Shown here: piece by piece, positions 29,428 through 32,000 of the stretch
Position numbering within the stretch: the first letter of the stretch is position 1
How the letters are laid out: each line of letters opens with the position of its first letter
Source of the DNA: Pseudomonas aeruginosa
GTDB lineage: Bacteria > Pseudomonadota > Gammaproteobacteria > Pseudomonadales > Pseudomonadaceae
NCBI RefSeq assembly: GCF_001457615.1
Contig: NZ_LN831024.1
Span: forward strand, 2,520,001-2,552,000
Length of the DNA stretch: 32,000 bases
Direction of reading: 5' to 3'
Notes under the pieces: model-generated
The model's input: only the letters and a program-made list of their open reading frames with translations
The model's database searches: none
What the model was told of the DNA's origin: nothing
Position numbers and translations under genes: made by a program

Positions 29428-31011
29428 TCAGATCACGAAGAAGCCGTGGGTTCCGTCGCGACCGAGTTGTTCCACCAGGCCGAACTCCCAGTCCAGGTAG
29501 CCCTGCATCGCTTCGCGCGGATTGTCGGTACCTTCGTAGGGGCGGCGGTAGCGGTCGATGCGCGGCGACGCCAACAGGCTTTCGCCGTCTTCCGTTGGCA
29601 GGCCCGCGGCGACCCAGGCGCTGGTGCCGCCGTCGAGAAGGAACACCGGCTTGCCGCTGAGTGCCTGGACTTCCGCCACGGCGAAGCGCGCCAGCAGGCT
29701 GCTGCCGCAGGTGAGTACGTAGCGCTCGGCCGTGCCCAGCCGTTCCAGTGCCTGCTTCAACTGGCTGCGCAATACCCAGGCGGCGCCGGGGATGTGGCGT
29801 TTCGCATAGTTGGCGCTGGCGGTGAAGTCGAGCACCCGGGTGCCCGGTTCGCCCAGCCAGTCGGCGAGGGTGGTCGGGTCGATGGTGTCGGCCCGGGGTT
29901 GCCTCGGCAGCGGCGCGCTCCAGGCGCCTCTCTCGCTTAAGTCGGCGTCGGAGAGTCCGTCCAGTACCGCGACCTGCCAGCCCATCTGGGCTAGCCAGGA
30001 GGCGCTCATGTTGGCGCGTACGCCATCGTCGTCCACCAGTACCAGGCGCGCGCCGCGCACGCTGGCGACATGGTCGGTTTCCTGAACCAGCTGGCCACCG
30101 GGCGTGGAGCGGGAGCCAGGCAGGTGACCGGCTTCGTATTCCTCGGGCGTGCGTACGTCGAGCAGGTAGGTGGTGCGGTCGTGCTCGTCCTGCCATTGGG
30201 CCAGACCGGCCAGGTCGAGGCGTTCGACGCCGGCGCGGTCGGCGACGGCACGGGCGCGCTGGGCGGCGGCCTTGCGAGTGTCCTGGGAGATCGCACCGAA
30301 GCGTCGCGTCTGGCCGTGTTCCAGTTGCTGACCGGCCAGCGTCCAGCCGATGGTGCCGTTGCGTAATGCCGCCACCGGGTTGGGGATGCCGGCGTTGAGC
30401 AGCGACTGGGTACCGATGATGCTACGAGTGCGCCCGGCACAGTTGACTATCACCCGGGTGCGCGGGTCCGGCGCCAGTTCGGCGACGCGCAGCACCAGTT
30501 CGGCGCCGGGCACGCTGATGCCGCCGGGGATACTCATGGTCTGGTATTCGTCGAAACGACGGGCATCCAGGATCACCGCGTCGGCCCTGGCGTCGAGCAA
30601 AGCCTGTACTTCCTCCGCGGCCAGCGATGGCGTGTGGCGCTCGGCCTCCACCAGTTCGCCGAAGGCCTTGCTCGGCACGTTCACATCCCTGAACAGCTCG
30701 CCGCCGGCGTTGCGCCAACCGGACAGGCCGCCATCGAGCAAGGCCACGTCGCTGTAGCCGAGGTCGTGGAGGCGTTGCGCGGCGACCGGCGCCAGGCCTT
30801 CGCCGTCGTCGTAGACGGTAATCGGCGTGTCGCGGCGCGGCACCCGGGCATGGATCTCCAGTTCCAGCCTGGACAGCGGCAGGTTGGCGGCGAACAGGGG
30901 ATGGGCCTGGGCGAACGGGTCCTCCTCGCGCACGTCGAGCAGCGCCAGCTCCCGGCGGGCGAGGAGAGCGGCGCGGATATCGTGGAAGGTGCGTACGGCG
31001 ATCTGGCTCAT
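29428..31011 (-). CDS. Multidomain rhodanese-like sulfurtransferase
   Basis: 527 aa; four rhodanese-like segments (LLDVREEDPF..., VILDARRFDEY..., LLDVRTPEEYEAGHLPGS..., VLDFTASANYAKRHIPGA...), with Cys loops CAGRTRS (C191) and CGSSLLA (C435). Confidence 0.92.
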   Translation of the reverse strand: MSQIAVRTFHDIRAALLARRELALLDVREEDPFAQAHPLFAANLPLSRLELEIHARVPRRDTPITVYDDGEGLAPVAAQRLHDLGYSDVALLDGGLSGWRNAGGELFRDVNVPSKAFGELVEAERHTPSLAAEEVQALLDARADAVILDARRFDEYQTMSIPGGISVPGAELVLRVAELAPDPRTRVIVNCAGRTRSIIGTQSLLNAGIPNPVAALRNGTIGWTLAGQQLEHGQTRRFGAISQDTRKAAAQRARAVADRAGVERLDLAGLAQWQDEHDRTTYLLDVRTPEEYEAGHLPGSRSTPGGQLVQETDHVASVRGARLVLVDDDGVRANMSASWLAQMGWQVAVLDGLSDADLSERGAWSAPLPRQPRADTIDPTTLADWLGEPGTRVLDFTASANYAKRHIPGAAWVLRSQLKQALERLGTAERYVLTCGSSLLARFAVAEVQALSGKPVFLLDGGTSAWVAAGLPTEDGESLLASPRIDRYRRPYEGTDNPREAMQGYLDWEFGLVEQLGRDGTHGFFVI

Positions 31012-31612
31012 GCGGGGTTCTCTTTCGACAGGTCCCAGATATTGGGCAAGCGGCTGTTGGAATAGCTGGAAATGAAGGGTTTTTCCTCACCTTCGGCGCT
31101 GAACACGGCACGCCGTACCGCACCGATATTGGCGCCGTAGACGTGGATACTGATGGATGTTCGGTCGCTGAAGGCGTTGCTCACCTGGTGCACGTCGCCA
31201 ATGCGTGGCGACAGCGCTTCGACCTCGCCGGGCTCCAGGCGTCGACGGGCTCCGCTGGGATGCGGACGCCCCCCCGCATCGAAGGCGTACGGCTGCGAGT
31301 ATTCGGCCCGCGGAGCATGCCGATCAGGCCCCAGACCCGATGATCGTGTACCGGTGTGATCTGGCCCGGCCCCCAGACGAAGCTGACCACCGAGAAGCGC
31401 TGCCGTGAGTCGACATGCAGCAGGTACTGTTGGTAGCGCTGTGGATCGGGGCGGGCGCAGTCTTCCGGCAGCCAGTCGTCCTGGCGCACCAGCTCGGCCA
31501 GCAGGGGGTGGGCTTGGGCGAGCAGGGTGGATTCGTCGGGACGGCTGTCGAGCAGTGTCGCCAGCTCGCCGATGAACTGGCGCAGGCGGTCGAGGCGCAG
31601 GATGGATGACAT
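31008..31612 (-). pseudogene. 3-mercaptopropionate dioxygenase / cysteine dioxygenase-like, frameshifted near codon 102-103
   Basis: N-terminal frame MSSILRLDRLRQFIGELATLL...SVVSFVWGPGQITPVHDHRVWGLIGMLRG then shifts; C-terminal frame gives AEYSQPYAFDAGGRPHPSGARRRLEPGEVEALSPRIGDVHQVSNAFSDRTSISIHVYG...IWDLSKENPA ending at 31008. The 605-nt span is one base short of 606 (201 aa plus stop). Confidence 0.88.
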
Positions 31613-31726
31613 GCGGGGATTCACTCCGGGAAGTTCTGGCGGTACGGTAGCAAACGCTTTTTTATTCCTGAAATGCATTTTGAATCTAAGCTAATATGCG
31701 AGAAATGCAATTGGTGCCGGCCCCAT

Positions 31727-32000
31727 GAAAATCGATGACATCGACGCCTTCGTCGCGGTGATCCGCAACGCTTCCCTGAGCCAGGCCGCCGAGAGCCTGG
31801 GCCTGACCCAGTCTGCGATCACCCGGCGGGTACAGAGCCTGGAGGAGTCCCTCGGAGTGGCATTGCTGGACCGCAATACCAAGCCGCTCAAACCCACCGC
31901 CAGCGGACTGCGGGTCTACGAACAGTGCCGGCGGGTGCTCCGCGAGGTGGATGGCCTGCGTGAACTGGTGGCCGGTGACGCCACACCAAGTGGCGTGCTG
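31727..32000 (+). CDS. LysR-family transcriptional regulator, partial (runs off window end)
   Basis: MKIDDIDAFVAVIRNASLSQAAESLGLTQSAITRRVQSLEESLGVALLDRNTKPLKPTASGLRVYEQCRRVLREVDGL; LysR N-terminal HTH; divergent from the thiol dioxygenase gene. Not in the supplied ORF track because it is open at the edge. Confidence 0.95.

Noticed and set aside
31264-31277. Run of seven C (G7 on the coding strand) in the thiol dioxygenase gene as the frameshift site
   Set aside because: It was the obvious homopolymer suspect. However, the GCG GGG GGG CGT reading (AGGRP) is in the correct downstream frame with seven Gs, so the missing base maps further upstream at 31307-31309.

Overview
This 32 kb window looks like ordinary core chromosome of Pseudomonas aeruginosa, recognised from protein sequences and gene order. 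No phage, IS element, integron, CRISPR array, toxin-antitoxin or defence cassette could be supported. Gene order is: partial secretin-like protein, PLD-like protein, GNAT acetyltransferase, L16 arginine hydroxylase, purB, EamA transporter, hflD, mnmA, NUDIX hydrolase, monomeric idh, icd (divergent), cspD, clpS-clpA, infA, bpt, aat, trxB, ftsK, lolA, rarA, serS, cysG, glutathionyl-hydroquinone reductase, ybiB-like gene, tusE/B/C/D, a Bax-inhibitor-1 family protein, tRNA-Ser(UGA), a four-domain rhodanese, a frameshifted 3-mercaptopropionate dioxygenase, and the start of a LysR regulator. The most notable observation is an apparent 1-nt deletion in a short C run at 31307-31309. It separates the N-terminal two thirds of the thiol dioxygenase, including His89 and His91, from its C-terminal third, including the third metal-ligand His142. 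Other points of interest are a rhodanese with alternating catalytic and degenerate domains, two unrelated isocitrate dehydrogenases side by side, a clustered N-degron pathway, a tus/mnmA/cysG/rhodanese/thiol-dioxygenase sulfur neighbourhood, and a hairpin in the cspD 5' leader. I did not find convincing evidence for an undescribed system.
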